From contig JALVAL010000631.1 of assembly GCA_027011205.1 (NCBI GenBank), forward strand, positions 1 to 45,444: a DNA stretch of 45,444 bases, in the 5' to 3' direction. The translations under genes were made by a program, and so were the position numbers. This document shows positions 27,929-38,225 of this stretch, in pieces. The stretch's first letter is position 1. The number at the start of each line of letters is the position of its first letter. The notes beneath the pieces are model-generated. The model saw only the letters and a program-made list of their open reading frames with translations, was not told the origin of the DNA and did no database searches. Origin of the DNA: Gammaproteobacteria bacterium (lineage in GTDB: Bacteria; Pseudomonadota; Gammaproteobacteria; GRL18).

Positions 27929-28405
27929 ATGAGAAGTTGGAATAGTTATTTTAGAAACATAGTAAGAGAAGTATCAGGGCGCAGTAATTGTGTCAAACGA
28001 CAAGTAGGCTGTGTGATTGTAAAGGACAAACGCATAATCGCTACTGGATACAATGGCCTACCTTCAGGCTTTCCAAATTGCAATGAAAACGGATGTTTGT
28101 ATCCCACACGAAAAAGCGGAGAGTCCTTAAACAAAATACCGTGTATCCATGCAGAAGAAAACGCTCTGCTTCAATGTGCCATGTACGGAGTGTCTTGTAA
28201 AGGAGCTACTGCTTATGTTAGCATAACACCCTGTAATACCTGTTTAACTAAGATGATCCAAGCAGGTATTCATACCATATTCGTTGAGAAATTTTATTAC
28301 TTGGGAGAAGATGAAGAATCACAGCGAATATGGCTGCTTGAACAAGCCAAACAATGTAACGGATTTCAATTGATATTATTACCCAAGATAGAAATTGAAA
28401 AATAA
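27929..28405 (+). CDS. dCMP deaminase
   Basis: RSNCVKRQVGCVIV, TGYNG, HAEENA and PCNTC. Confidence 0.93.
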   Translation: MRSWNSYFRNIVREVSGRSNCVKRQVGCVIVKDKRIIATGYNGLPSGFPNCNENGCLYPTRKSGESLNKIPCIHAEENALLQCAMYGVSCKGATAYVSITPCNTCLTKMIQAGIHTIFVEKFYYLGEDEESQRIWLLEQAKQCNGFQLILLPKIEIEK

Positions 28406-28846
28406 TCAGGAGCCGAAACAAGTATAAAACAAATGGTCTCCTACCTTATATAAGTATTCAATTTTTTTAGCCCACGAAGGATGTACATCAACCCCATGGT
28501 AGTGTGTGGGCTTTCTCTTTACCATGTCATTCAACATTCCTGTATAAACTGCATGAGCAATAAGACTGTTTTCTCTCCATATGTAATCAACTTCTCTTTT
28601 CCGATGAATGATTCTCATTATATTACTATCCTGAAAACAGGAGAATTGCGTTGGAGCAAGGATGATTTCTCGAAGATTTCTTCCCCAATTCCAATGCCCT
28701 GGATGTTTTGACCTTTCCATAGCACACATAGCAACTAATACACGTCCTTCCCAGGATTGGTCTTCTGCTTCTCCGACAATGAGCCCGGACAACAGTTCTA
28801 AATCACTCCATGTCTGTATTTCGTGCCTTATATTTATAACATTCAT
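28406..28846 (-). CDS. Cell wall hydrolase (SleB/Hydrolase_2 family), probable endolysin
   Basis: GEA, QFSC, THYH, PSWA and GDHLFY. Confidence 0.88.
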   Translation of the reverse strand: MNVINIRHEIQTWSDLELLSGLIVGEAEDQSWEGRVLVAMCAMERSKHPGHWNWGRNLREIILAPTQFSCFQDSNIMRIIHRKREVDYIWRENSLIAHAVYTGMLNDMVKRKPTHYHGVDVHPSWAKKIEYLYKVGDHLFYTCFGS

Positions 28847-28988
28847 CTAATATCCTTTCAATATCAGCTATATCGTCTTTGATAATACCCAAACAATATT
28901 TTCCGTAAGATTTTTGCAAATTGTACTGAATGGTTATCAATTTAGTTCTTATGACATGGTTTGCTTTAAGACATTTTTTACTTATCAT
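28803..28988 (-). CDS. Hypothetical protein
   Basis: ATGA coupling with the upstream gene. Confidence 0.4.
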   Translation of the reverse strand: MISKKCLKANHVIRTKLITIQYNLQKSYGKYCLGIIKDDIADIERILDECYKYKARNTDME

Positions 28989-29314
28989 ACTATCTGAAAA
29001 ACACCTTTTCTGATTGTACGTTTGTTTGATGAGGTGTCAAACATAGCAATTCGATAATAATATCTTCCAGGTGATAAATCGGAGGTGTCAGATTCTTGAG
29101 GAGTGAATGACAATTCTCCTGTGTTATTAGTTTGATCTGGGTCGACAACGCCGTTCACAGAAAAAATAATAGGAGAGCCGGAATCCTCTTTTGACACTGA
29201 CATGGTAAAAGTATATCCGGTTAGATTAATTTTCTCTCCTGTACTCTTATTCTTAATAGTTAGCTGAATTGGGTAATGATCCCCTGCAGCCCATTCTATA
29301 TCTCTAAGGTCCAT
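28985..29314 (-). CDS. BppU-like beta-sandwich structural protein
   Basis: GD, INLTGY, DT.DL.PG.Y.Y and GVFQI pattern. Confidence 0.65.
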   Translation of the reverse strand: MDLRDIEWAAGDHYPIQLTIKNKSTGEKINLTGYTFTMSVSKEDSGSPIIFSVNGVVDPDQTNNTGELSFTPQESDTSDLSPGRYYYRIAMFDTSSNKRTIRKGVFQIV

Positions 29315-29496
29315 GATAATTCCTCACATATTTCAATACAATATGGCTCAATTGATATTATTTCAGGATCCATTTCTATGTTGTAAATAGGGGTCGAACA
29401 AGAAAGATCTATGTTTTGATCAAATGAAATTTCAATCCATTCTTTCAATATGACTTGAGAAGATTCGCTGCTTTCACTATCATATCCGTCTGTCAT
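29296..29496 (-). CDS. Acidic hypothetical protein
   Basis: ATG at 29496 overlaps the upstream stop. Confidence 0.5.
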   Translation of the reverse strand: MTDGYDSESSESSQVILKEWIEISFDQNIDLSCSTPIYNIEMDPEIISIEPYCIEICEELSWTLEI

Positions 29497-29645
29497 ATAC
29501 ATCTTACATAATCCTCTGCTCCGCACCAAGGACAGAACCATTTTCTGTCTTTAACAGATCCTTCAATATGAGCATCTCCTATTGACCACCATCTATTGCA
29601 TTTCACACATTGGAAATGATATAATATCTCTCTTTTTATTTTCAT
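29493..29645 (-). CDS. 50-aa zinc-ribbon protein
   Basis: MKIKREILYHFQCVKCNRWWSIGD...WFCPWCG; ATGA overlaps at both ends; not in the ORF track. Confidence 0.75.
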   Translation of the reverse strand: MKIKREILYHFQCVKCNRWWSIGDAHIEGSVKDRKWFCPWCGAEDYVRCI

Positions 29646-30295
29646 GTACTATAAATCTTAATAGTTTGGGTTAGTTGTCCGCCAGACACAACCTTATCAA
29701 GCAAAGTTTCCCCAGTGTCTGGGTCTGTGACAATGATTCTGTTGGGTCTTCTTTCTTCGTCTCCAGCCAGTCTTCTTCTTATCCAATCAAGTTTATGCTG
29801 CTCTTCTGGTGACAGTCCGCTGCCTGTATTAACGATATAACTCAAAAGGTCTGCCGCACCTTCCAGTCTCGCTATCGGAGGCGGAACACAATCAATCCGA
29901 TCATTATCGAAAAGGGAATTGTCTGATTGAGCATACAGATTTCCCTTAAATCGAGTCTCATGAGGATAATTAGCCAGAACGATCTTCCAACCGTTATCGT
30001 TTAAGAGGGTGAAATCAACCGATTGGTAAAGTTCATTTCCTTGCTCGTCGTAGCCTCGGAAAGCCCCACCTGACCGGCCAAAAGCTAACAGCCCCCATTG
30101 ATGAGCAAAAGCCCAATCAACCCAACGGCTCCAGAGGTCTTTTTTAATATCTACATATACCAGAGCGTCTGCAGACGGATCGGTGCTGGTGTAAATACGG
30201 TAGCCGTTTGGGTCTGTTGTATATGTAGGATGAGGCGGAACCTCATATATCCGCCTCAAATCCCCGTCGAAATACCAAGTAGGAGAGGCCATCAA
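29642..30295 (-). CDS. Virion fibre-module protein (putative)
   Basis: FDG...DLWSRWVDW...NGWKI pattern; position in the late arm. Confidence 0.55.
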   Translation of the reverse strand: MMASPTWYFDGDLRRIYEVPPHPTYTTDPNGYRIYTSTDPSADALVYVDIKKDLWSRWVDWAFAHQWGLLAFGRSGGAFRGYDEQGNELYQSVDFTLLNDNGWKIVLANYPHETRFKGNLYAQSDNSLFDNDRIDCVPPPIARLEGAADLLSYIVNTGSGLSPEEQHKLDWIRRRLAGDEERRPNRIIVTDPDTGETLLDKVVSGGQLTQTIKIYST

Positions 30296-30304
30296 AAACC
30301 TCCA

Positions 30305-31915
30305 TTATGCCGATGTGTAACTTGGATCGGCTTTTGGTGACAAGGTTACAGTCAAGTTTTCATCTTGGATCGTAAAATCCATATCTCCAGGTTCCACATA
30401 ACCTGGTCTGCCCCAGGCTATTGTACAATCAATCGGTGTTCCTGGAGTATGACCATCAACGTCATAGGAGCCATAAGCAATCGTTATTGCGTCGCTCCCC
30501 GTAATAGACACATCTTCTTGATCTGTGCCGTCTTCGTCCTGAAGCGGCACAGCATCATGCGTCCCGAAAGTGTCTTTATGGTAGATGCTGAAATGTCCTC
30601 CAACCAGAATGGACGGAGAACTTATAGTCAGGGCAACGATAGTCGGCCACTGGCGTACAGTACCACTGTGGTCAACAAGACGGAGGTCATTACGTTGTGC
30701 AGCGGGGTAATTAAGCAAATATGAATATACTGTGAAGACATCCCCACTGAATTCTGTAAGGATATTGTGTTTATCTCCCCGAATTGCGTCCCCAGTATTG
30801 TCACTGTTTATGTTGGTAGGTTGTCTGAGAAGGTAGTTAATCTTCTCGTGTATTGTCTGATGGGTTTTATGGTCTCCGTCTATATGACCGTCAAAATCGT
30901 AGGTTGTACCGTCAACATCACCTTGGTACAACCCGTCCGAATCTACATAGTATTTAATGTTTTGATAGTCAGCCCCATTAGCAATCTCTGTATCAGTGTG
31001 ATAAGGCGTCCCCGTTGACGGGTCGGCCAGTTTTGGGTCAATGGCGTTATTTGCTGAAACGGGGTATATTTCAGCGTACTGGAGATCGTGTGCTTCGAAA
31101 ACAATCGTTTTTCCAGGCTCGGCACACCGAGTGTACCATGTTCCCCTCTTATCATCTCCATCAGTATCATGAATAAGGACTAACTGGTTAATGTAACCAG
31201 TCATAACTGCCTCATTAGGGGCATTCATCTCTGGATCATTATAATACCAGAATGTCATTTGATCGGTCGAAGCATGAAGATTGCCTGTTGACCTAAGCAA
31301 CGCATACGCTTTAGTGTAGCTGGATGTTTCTGTTTCTCTGATTTCCAAGGCAGAATCCCTAATAGCATTTAGAGTATCTGAGTCGTGAGGCTCCCAGCCG
31401 TCCTTATTTGCCAGGCTTTTGGCCCTTGGCTCGATAGAGGTGAATACAGACGGATACTTGTCCAAGTCCGTATTATACCATTCGTCAACGCACCACGAGG
31501 CGAAAACCAGCCCTTGAACCCCATCAACAAAGCTCAACCCGTTGGCCTCTAAAAACTGATAAGTCTTTTTAAAAGCAAGGACGTTGATATCAGCCCCTGC
31601 GCTCTCGTCTGCGGAAGCATTGTCAACGTCCGTACAAGTAATGCTATGGGCTGACACCGAGGTAACATCGCCTCGGTAGCCCTCATTTGTACTGTTTGAC
31701 GTGTGACTGAGGGTTATTCTATCCCCAACAACAATTCCCCTGTTTACAATACCTCCGTTTTCCGAGGAGGCTGTAAAATCGGTAGATGTAGAGTTGATTG
31801 TGGTTGTTCCATTCCCATTATTGGTAATACTGATATCAGTACCGCCTTTATCAGCTATATGGAATTTTACATTTGTACCAAGAACAAGACTTGATTTGCT
31901 CGTTATTTTTGCCAT
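30305..31915 (-). CDS. Virion fibre-module protein, possible major fibre subunit
   Basis: 536 aa, beta/Thr/Asp-rich; strong RBS; C-terminal PGYV...DPSY. Confidence 0.6.
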   Translation of the reverse strand: MAKITSKSSLVLGTNVKFHIADKGGTDISITNNGNGTTTINSTSTDFTASSENGGIVNRGIVVGDRITLSHTSNSTNEGYRGDVTSVSAHSITCTDVDNASADESAGADINVLAFKKTYQFLEANGLSFVDGVQGLVFASWCVDEWYNTDLDKYPSVFTSIEPRAKSLANKDGWEPHDSDTLNAIRDSALEIRETETSSYTKAYALLRSTGNLHASTDQMTFWYYNDPEMNAPNEAVMTGYINQLVLIHDTDGDDKRGTWYTRCAEPGKTIVFEAHDLQYAEIYPVSANNAIDPKLADPSTGTPYHTDTEIANGADYQNIKYYVDSDGLYQGDVDGTTYDFDGHIDGDHKTHQTIHEKINYLLRQPTNINSDNTGDAIRGDKHNILTEFSGDVFTVYSYLLNYPAAQRNDLRLVDHSGTVRQWPTIVALTISSPSILVGGHFSIYHKDTFGTHDAVPLQDEDGTDQEDVSITGSDAITIAYGSYDVDGHTPGTPIDCTIAWGRPGYVEPGDMDFTIQDENLTVTLSPKADPSYTSA

Positions 31916-31927
31916 CTAAAAATCTCC

Positions 31928-33505
31928 TTAACTATAACTCGGATCGGGCTTAGCAGTGACTGCTATGGTAGAATTGTTTGTATCCAAGGTGAAATTTACG
32001 GGATCAATTACATACCCAGGACACACAAACAATGCTCTTGCCGGATCATCAGACACATCATAGGTATATTCATATTCCCCACCTGTAACAGACGCTTCAT
32101 GGTCGAGGGTATATGCTCCTTGAACCACTCTGGCTTCTGTGTTTTCTGGCAACCCTGTAAAAGTTTTTGTTCGTTTGTTGTAAAGAATGGTATTTCCTCC
32201 GCCTGATTCATTTATCTTTGTCGGGTCAATCTCTGTTCCGTCCTCCTGATAAATCGTCAGAGTGCCTGCGCTATAATGCGTTATTTCCGAGGTGCAGTTA
32301 TCGAATGTATAGTTGCTCAGGTGAACCGTGTCGTCTCCAAGAGTAACGCCATTAAATGAGTAGAAGAGTTTGATATTTTTAGGCGTATTAAGAGATGAAA
32401 TCATGAAATATGTGTTGACGTTAAAAATACAGTCATCCATATTGGCGCCGTTTGCTGTGACCTCATCGCAGAAATTGAACGTCGCTCGGATATAATCAGC
32501 AGAACAGAATTTGAGGCTATGTGCCCCGTAAAGTGTAGATTGATTAACCAGGAACGTGCCTGCAACGGTATGGAAATCCATATCCCATGACACTAAATCT
32601 AGGTCTGCCACCCTGGTAGCATGGTTTGTCCACTTGAGCGTTGTATCGTCGCCGGTGTTGACGAACCCATGAAATTCGTCGCCTGTCGAACTGCTTACAT
32701 TAGAGCCGTCGTAATAGCTATGCGAGGCAAAGATAAACAGCCGTTTGTCTTCCAGCATATAAACAGATTGACCGGTATCGCCCAGGGAGAATTTACCGTT
32801 GAGGAAAAATACTCCATTGTACTCTTCAACGATACCCATACGACGAGATTTGTCTTCTGTATAATCAAGTATCCCTGTTATATCTATCGGGTCGCTTTCC
32901 GTTCCGCCTGCAAACTTGACCCCAGGGCCTTTGTGGAAAATATCTATCCAAAATTCGGGAGAATTTACTCCCGTTAGATTCGAACTAAACTTTGTAATGA
33001 AACCAACAGCCGTCACATCGGACAGGTCAACTGTCCCATTTGTGTTTATTGGAGTCATGCTGGATGGTTTGAACACGTGTCGAGTCCAGCCCGACCGTAG
33101 TGTATCTATCCCTCCCACATAATACTCATTATAGTTACAGGAAGAATCATTCAGAGAATCGCTTGATGTATTTTTAGAAAGAGTCCCAGTATAAATTCTG
33201 AGTCTCAACCCTCCGTTGGCAATCGTGTCAAGATTGCCGAAAATTTTATCCGAGATGTTATACCAACACCACAGATAGTCAGATGATAAATCCTGGCTGG
33301 ATGTAAACTCTATAGCAATTCCCGTAACCCAGGCAGCAGCAAACCCAGGCTTGTAAGCCCCCGCCTGAGAACCCTGCTTGACGATGCTTGTGCTTACAGA
33401 CACATCGCCCGTTGTCCCTCCTATTTCCCATAGGCGATCATCAAGGTTTGATGCCTCGAAATCATCAAGAACGGTTAATTCTTCTATAATGGTAGGAGTT
33501 GCCAT
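31928..33505 (-). CDS. Virion fibre-module protein with beta-helix-like centre
   Basis: 525 aa; C-terminal PGYV...DPSY shared with the downstream gene. Confidence 0.6.
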   Translation of the reverse strand: MATPTIIEELTVLDDFEASNLDDRLWEIGGTTGDVSVSTSIVKQGSQAGAYKPGFAAAWVTGIAIEFTSSQDLSSDYLWCWYNISDKIFGNLDTIANGGLRLRIYTGTLSKNTSSDSLNDSSCNYNEYYVGGIDTLRSGWTRHVFKPSSMTPINTNGTVDLSDVTAVGFITKFSSNLTGVNSPEFWIDIFHKGPGVKFAGGTESDPIDITGILDYTEDKSRRMGIVEEYNGVFFLNGKFSLGDTGQSVYMLEDKRLFIFASHSYYDGSNVSSSTGDEFHGFVNTGDDTTLKWTNHATRVADLDLVSWDMDFHTVAGTFLVNQSTLYGAHSLKFCSADYIRATFNFCDEVTANGANMDDCIFNVNTYFMISSLNTPKNIKLFYSFNGVTLGDDTVHLSNYTFDNCTSEITHYSAGTLTIYQEDGTEIDPTKINESGGGNTILYNKRTKTFTGLPENTEARVVQGAYTLDHEASVTGGEYEYTYDVSDDPARALFVCPGYVIDPVNFTLDTNNSTIAVTAKPDPSYS

Positions 33506-33506
33506 A

Positions 33507-33932
33507 TTACTCCTCGCCTGCTATCTTTGGCCCGCCTTCTACCTCGAAAATTAAGGCTATTCCCATACGAGTGTATGCGAACAGCTTTTCTTTGGATATT
33601 GTTCCGTTCGCTATCTCTGTACCAACATCAGAGATAGCTTGTTGTATCTGGCCTTGTATGATTTCAGCGTCCTTATTTTCTCGGAGGCAGAGGTATTTCA
33701 CAAATTCAGGCATGAAATCCTGTGTCGAGACAGAAATTACCTCATCATCGTATACAACGTGACCATCTTCGTCTGTCCCGTAGAGTTTCCCTGTGGCGTT
33801 TACAGCAAATTTGTCTGGATCGGATGTTGTATTTTTCTTACCTTGAGTAAATGCAAACTGCATTACGTGGAGTTTATCCAGCGTAATTGCTGGAATGGTT
33901 TTTGCTTCCGAGCTATCTATTTTGATTGCCAT
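33507..33932 (-). CDS. Hypothetical protein
   Basis: Tightly packed in the operon. Confidence 0.7.
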   Translation of the reverse strand: MAIKIDSSEAKTIPAITLDKLHVMQFAFTQGKKNTTSDPDKFAVNATGKLYGTDEDGHVVYDDEVISVSTQDFMPEFVKYLCLRENKDAEIIQGQIQQAISDVGTEIANGTISKEKLFAYTRMGIALIFEVEGGPKIAGEE

Positions 33933-34219
33933 TATTTCACCGCCTTTGCTGTTTCGATTAAAGCCTGGATTAAGGCTTTTAAGAAAACCTCTGTGTTGTT
34001 AGGCCCGTTTCCAAGGCCACCAGTCTGTACATCAACTGCTCCTGTCTTTGGATCAACATGAAATACAAGACCGTCCTGAACTTCCCTGTTCGAATCCACC
34101 TTAATCTCAGTTGTTGAATTAGCTGATGTAAATGTGTATCTGTATGTTGCTCCGCCGGAAAATGAAGCGCATCCAGAAATCAGCACACAAATACTCAGCA
34201 AGCTTAACAATCTCATCAT
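33932..34219 (-). CDS. Lipoprotein
   Basis: Signal peptide with lipobox ISGC. Confidence 0.75.
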   Translation of the reverse strand: MMRLLSLLSICVLISGCASFSGGATYRYTFTSANSTTEIKVDSNREVQDGLVFHVDPKTGAVDVQTGGLGNGPNNTEVFLKALIQALIETAKAVK

Positions 34220-34635
34220 TGTGTCACCTCAATCTGGATATCAGGAGTAGAAACAAAACGGATATGAAGAACTGTTGCCGGCTCCCAGTCTTGTGTTGCA
34301 GGGGGCGAAGCCCATTCGCTTTTTTGCTCTGCGAGGTCGACTGCCCGAACCGTGCATTCAGCCTTGCCTCTTGTGACTGGGACTTTGCCAGACCACTCAA
34401 ACGTCTTAAAGTAGTGGCGGTTTGTGTCAGATATCTTTAGGTTTGGGTCATCCACAGGAACCCGAACAATACTGGCATTGTCGCCAGGCACACAAGATAT
34501 TTCGTACCTTGCAATATCTGGAGGGAGATCGTGTTCCCAGGCAAGGCCGATTAGCCTGCTTTCCACGCTTGCATCTGCGGCGAAAACCATAGAAACTTGA
34601 ATTAAACTGAGTAAAAGAAACCATATAATTCTCAT
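34216..34635 (-). CDS. Exported fibronectin type III-like protein
   Basis: Signal peptide (VFA-A); LAWEH...YEI...VRAVD...SEW FN3-like pattern. Confidence 0.6.
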   Translation of the reverse strand: MRIIWFLLLSLIQVSMVFAADASVESRLIGLAWEHDLPPDIARYEISCVPGDNASIVRVPVDDPNLKISDTNRHYFKTFEWSGKVPVTRGKAECTVRAVDLAEQKSEWASPPATQDWEPATVLHIRFVSTPDIQIEVTQ

Positions 34636-36281
34636 TTATCTACCTCCTTAATAAACATTCTTGAATCGCCAATATCAGGTCTGATTCTAAATTCATCTGC
34701 ACCAATGTCTGGCGTATCCACAATAGAGTCGCCGTCGATATCTTTAGCCCAATTAGGCCAAGGCTTGTGAATATCTGAGATTTTGACACCCGCATTACGG
34801 GCTGGAGATTGACGGGATATGTGATATCCCGTCAGAAGAGGGTCATCAGTTTTAGAATTTACGTCGTGTGAGGTTGCTGATTTCCATCCATTGAAATCGT
34901 GATATATGTGGTAATTGCTTTCGAATTTACTACTTCCATCAGGATAGTATAAATTATAATTTATATCATTATTGCCATCGTTTGAGTCAGTAAACCTATA
35001 AGCAATATGCTCACCAGTTGGATTGTACGATAAATTGTTCAAAAACCTAATATTAGCGATATTATGGCCTAAGTTAACATTATATTCGTAACCGCTAATA
35101 AAATTATTGACTATAGTGGTTGTTAGGTGAATATGGTCAAGAAAAAATCCCCAATCACCTTTATTCCCTTGCAACACATTGTATGCCACAAAGGATTCTG
35201 CGTGATTGCCATTGTTCGCCTCTTGCAAGGCTATACCATACGTTTCTACATCATTTAGGATGTTTCGTTTAATTTTTAAGCCCCTATAATGCGAATTAGG
35301 AGCACAATAACATACGATCCCTTTATAGCTTTTATCGGCATAATTTTCTACGATTACTACATTATCACCATTTTGTACTGAAACCAATTCTCCGTCTGCC
35401 AAAGAACCTGCTTCACTCCATTTGTAATTCGCATTATTTGTATAAAATGTGTTATAAAATTTATTATGTTTGATTGATACATTCCGGCTACGCTCAGGGC
35501 CGTCACCATGAGACGCAATAGTGACGTCTTGGGCTACACGGTTAAACACACACCGTTCCACTACAATATCGTTATTGTCAGTATTCCGTGCTTTAAGATG
35601 TATTCCTGCGGATGCGATATCATAAAAATAGCAATTTTTTACTTGTATATCACTTACTCCCGATGTTGAATCACTATGTACTCCATACACAACATTTCTA
35701 AACGATAAACCGCTGAAATGAAAATGTGAATGCCCCTGCAAATCAAACACAGCTCTCACCATTAACCGTTTAACATCATGATTATTAGGCGTTCCGCTTG
35801 ACGGTCTATAGTAAGTATCCGCTCCGTCATAATACCATACACCATCGTTCAGTGCCGTATTGGAGGCTTTCGCCTGATAAATACTGTCCTCTAAAAGAAA
35901 ACCTGTGTATACAGGACTTGTATATCTCCCATCTCCTAAAGATGTCCAAGAGCTAAAGCTGTCAACAACAGACATCTTAGGGCTTACTCCAAATAACGGC
36001 TTGATAATTATTGGGTGCTCAGCCGTTCCGTTTACGGTGACTCTGCTACGAGTGTTGGTGTCAGAACAAATGTAGACTGTGTCACCAGCCTGAACACCAC
36101 CAGAACCGTAAACAATGTAAACTAATTCTGCCCATGCACCAGACTGGCCATTAGCTGAAGCGCATTCGTGACTTGTACCGTCACCATTATGTGAACAGTT
36201 GGCATTTACATACCAATCAACCCCAAAAACAGAAGAAACTCCAAACACCAACATACATACTATTGCATATACGATTTTCAT
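34632..36281 (-). CDS. Exported right-handed beta-helix (pectin lyase-like) protein, paralogue 3
   Basis: Signal peptide, AGDTVYI, Asn-ladder repeats, C-terminal SPARNAG...DIDG...PDIGADE. Confidence 0.8.
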   Translation of the reverse strand: MKIVYAIVCMLVFGVSSVFGVDWYVNANCSHNGDGTSHECASANGQSGAWAELVYIVYGSGGVQAGDTVYICSDTNTRSRVTVNGTAEHPIIIKPLFGVSPKMSVVDSFSSWTSLGDGRYTSPVYTGFLLEDSIYQAKASNTALNDGVWYYDGADTYYRPSSGTPNNHDVKRLMVRAVFDLQGHSHFHFSGLSFRNVVYGVHSDSTSGVSDIQVKNCYFYDIASAGIHLKARNTDNNDIVVERCVFNRVAQDVTIASHGDGPERSRNVSIKHNKFYNTFYTNNANYKWSEAGSLADGELVSVQNGDNVVIVENYADKSYKGIVCYCAPNSHYRGLKIKRNILNDVETYGIALQEANNGNHAESFVAYNVLQGNKGDWGFFLDHIHLTTTIVNNFISGYEYNVNLGHNIANIRFLNNLSYNPTGEHIAYRFTDSNDGNNDINYNLYYPDGSSKFESNYHIYHDFNGWKSATSHDVNSKTDDPLLTGYHISRQSPARNAGVKISDIHKPWPNWAKDIDGDSIVDTPDIGADEFRIRPDIGDSRMFIKEVDK

Positions 36282-36452
36282 TTATTTCTCCCTTTTGCCA
36301 AGCTGATACCCAATAGCTGTGCCTGTGGCGATCGAGCCTAAAGATAAAATAATATCTCGAATTAGTGGCGCTGCTTCCTTGGTTGGAGGGTGCCAAAGCA
36401 CGCCGAGTCCTAACAATGTCATGGCTAATATCACAAAATGCTTGTCCATCAT
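36282..36452 (-). CDS. 56-aa two-TM protein (holin candidate)
   Basis: AGGAG RBS; MMDKHFVILAMTLLGLGVLW...IILSLGSIATGTAIGYQLGKREK; exactly fills the gap. Confidence 0.7.
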   Translation of the reverse strand: MMDKHFVILAMTLLGLGVLWHPPTKEAAPLIRDIILSLGSIATGTAIGYQLGKREK

Positions 36453-38225
36453 TCACTCCTGTATTCCTATTGTGGAAAATGTAGATAGGGGTTCAATTGT
36501 GTTTATTCGTGACGAACCTCTGACAGGTCGTGCCATGAATTCATCAGCACCAATGTCTGGATTATTAATCACATATTGCAGGTCAATATCTCTTGCTGGG
36601 GAAGATTGATCGTGAATACCAGATATTTGAACTCCTGCATTGACTGCTGGAGAAGTTTTTGCAATATGAAAACCTAAGAGCATAGGATTGTCTGTTGAAG
36701 CATGACCAGACAGATCGATCTCTTGCGACGTTGTGGTACTATGCCCAGGATGTTCAAAGCCATAAATCAAATTATTAGAGGAATCGCTAATTACTTGATC
36801 TTGTACATTACTATCAACTGCCAATCCACCAATAGCACCATTAGCCGCCGTTAAAAGATTGTTTTTTATAATATAAATATCATCATAATTCCGACTTGCT
36901 CTCACACATTGCCTTGTGTGATCCAAACTGTCAGGCACAAAATCAGGAAAATTGCCGCAATCAACAAAAGAATTGTTATAGACTGTTACAGTGTCACCCG
37001 AACCCGTATTTTTAGCAGATAACCGCACGCCCTGCCCAACATGAACACCTACATTGTAATAAAATGTATTGTTTTCGGAACTATGATCCATATATGCCCT
37101 GGCGGTATTCTCGGCTATATTGTGATGAACTTTGCTATGACTCGCCCCTTCATCTAAATAATAACAGGACCCGTCTGGCCAATACTCACCATAATGATAA
37201 TCAGCACAATAGTTGTGCATTATTTCTAAGCCCGGATCAGGCTTAGTAGAATAATGATTCGACCAGTAAACTCCTCCTACAGATCTGGTGTATCCGTTGT
37301 GAAAAAGATAATTACGAAGGATTTTACAATCTTCAAAAACTCCATTAAAATATATAGGCACACACAGTATGTTTGACAACACATTTGAATCGATTATTAA
37401 ATTACTACTTGGGCGTGTGTCTGTTCCTGCACTTTTGATTCCATAAAACAATTGATCGAAACTACAGCCAGATATATGAACTTTCGATATAGGATAAGTA
37501 TTGGAAGAAACGTAGATTCCTACATAACTTTTATAGAACCTTATATTTTTGATTTTTGCATTAGTGATATTACGCAACCGGATAGTTGTGTTCTGTGCAG
37601 TCTGAAAATGGATCTCTCCATAATACGTGAACGGGTTAATTGATGAGGGAGAATAAATATAGAACCCATTAGGGTTTTCGCCAGATAGTGATTGATAGTC
37701 CCACTCCCCCCACTCATCTAATGCTTGGTGGGCTCCACCATTATGATATTGTCGCTGTTTTCCTGGTGTCCAATCCGCACCAAGTCCCAGAATGAAAGGA
37801 GGATTGCTCGCATAAGAGCTATCAGTTACGCAAAACCACACGTTTGTGTCGTGTAGGGTGCAAGTAGGTGGTGAGCTTTGATAATCATAATAATTGATAA
37901 TTATAGGATCTGAACCTGAACCGTAGGCCCCAAAGATTAAGCCATCTCCATCGGCAATGATCCGTTGGTGAGTGATATTATGCTTTGAACTCCAATCATC
38001 TATTGTGCCTCGCTTCCAATAAACATGTGTATTGTCAGTCGTTATGACCCAATTAGTGGGTGCTGTGTTATAAGCTCCAACTCCTCCTTCAGAAGTTGAA
38101 CATGTTTGAGCAGTTCCGTCACCATTATATTCACAAGAAGGGTTGATAAACACATCTATTGCTTCTGCATTACTGCAAAAACAAAACAACACAAACAAAT
38201 AGGATAAAATTATAGAACGTTTCAT
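36453..38225 (-). CDS. Exported right-handed beta-helix protein, paralogue 2
   Basis: Signal peptide (AEA), KRG and GAYGSG motifs, C-terminal SPAVNAG...DID...PDIGADE. Confidence 0.8.
   Translation of the reverse strand: MKRSIILSYLFVLFCFCSNAEAIDVFINPSCEYNGDGTAQTCSTSEGGVGAYNTAPTNWVITTDNTHVYWKRGTIDDWSSKHNITHQRIIADGDGLIFGAYGSGSDPIIINYYDYQSSPPTCTLHDTNVWFCVTDSSYASNPPFILGLGADWTPGKQRQYHNGGAHQALDEWGEWDYQSLSGENPNGFYIYSPSSINPFTYYGEIHFQTAQNTTIRLRNITNAKIKNIRFYKSYVGIYVSSNTYPISKVHISGCSFDQLFYGIKSAGTDTRPSSNLIIDSNVLSNILCVPIYFNGVFEDCKILRNYLFHNGYTRSVGGVYWSNHYSTKPDPGLEIMHNYCADYHYGEYWPDGSCYYLDEGASHSKVHHNIAENTARAYMDHSSENNTFYYNVGVHVGQGVRLSAKNTGSGDTVTVYNNSFVDCGNFPDFVPDSLDHTRQCVRASRNYDDIYIIKNNLLTAANGAIGGLAVDSNVQDQVISDSSNNLIYGFEHPGHSTTTSQEIDLSGHASTDNPMLLGFHIAKTSPAVNAGVQISGIHDQSSPARDIDLQYVINNPDIGADEFMARPVRGSSRINTIEPLSTFSTIGIQE

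Noticed and set aside
36217..36456. 79-aa ORF from the track
   Set aside because: It overlaps the downstream gene by 65 nt; the 56-aa frame at 36282..36452 fits the gap exactly and has an RBS.
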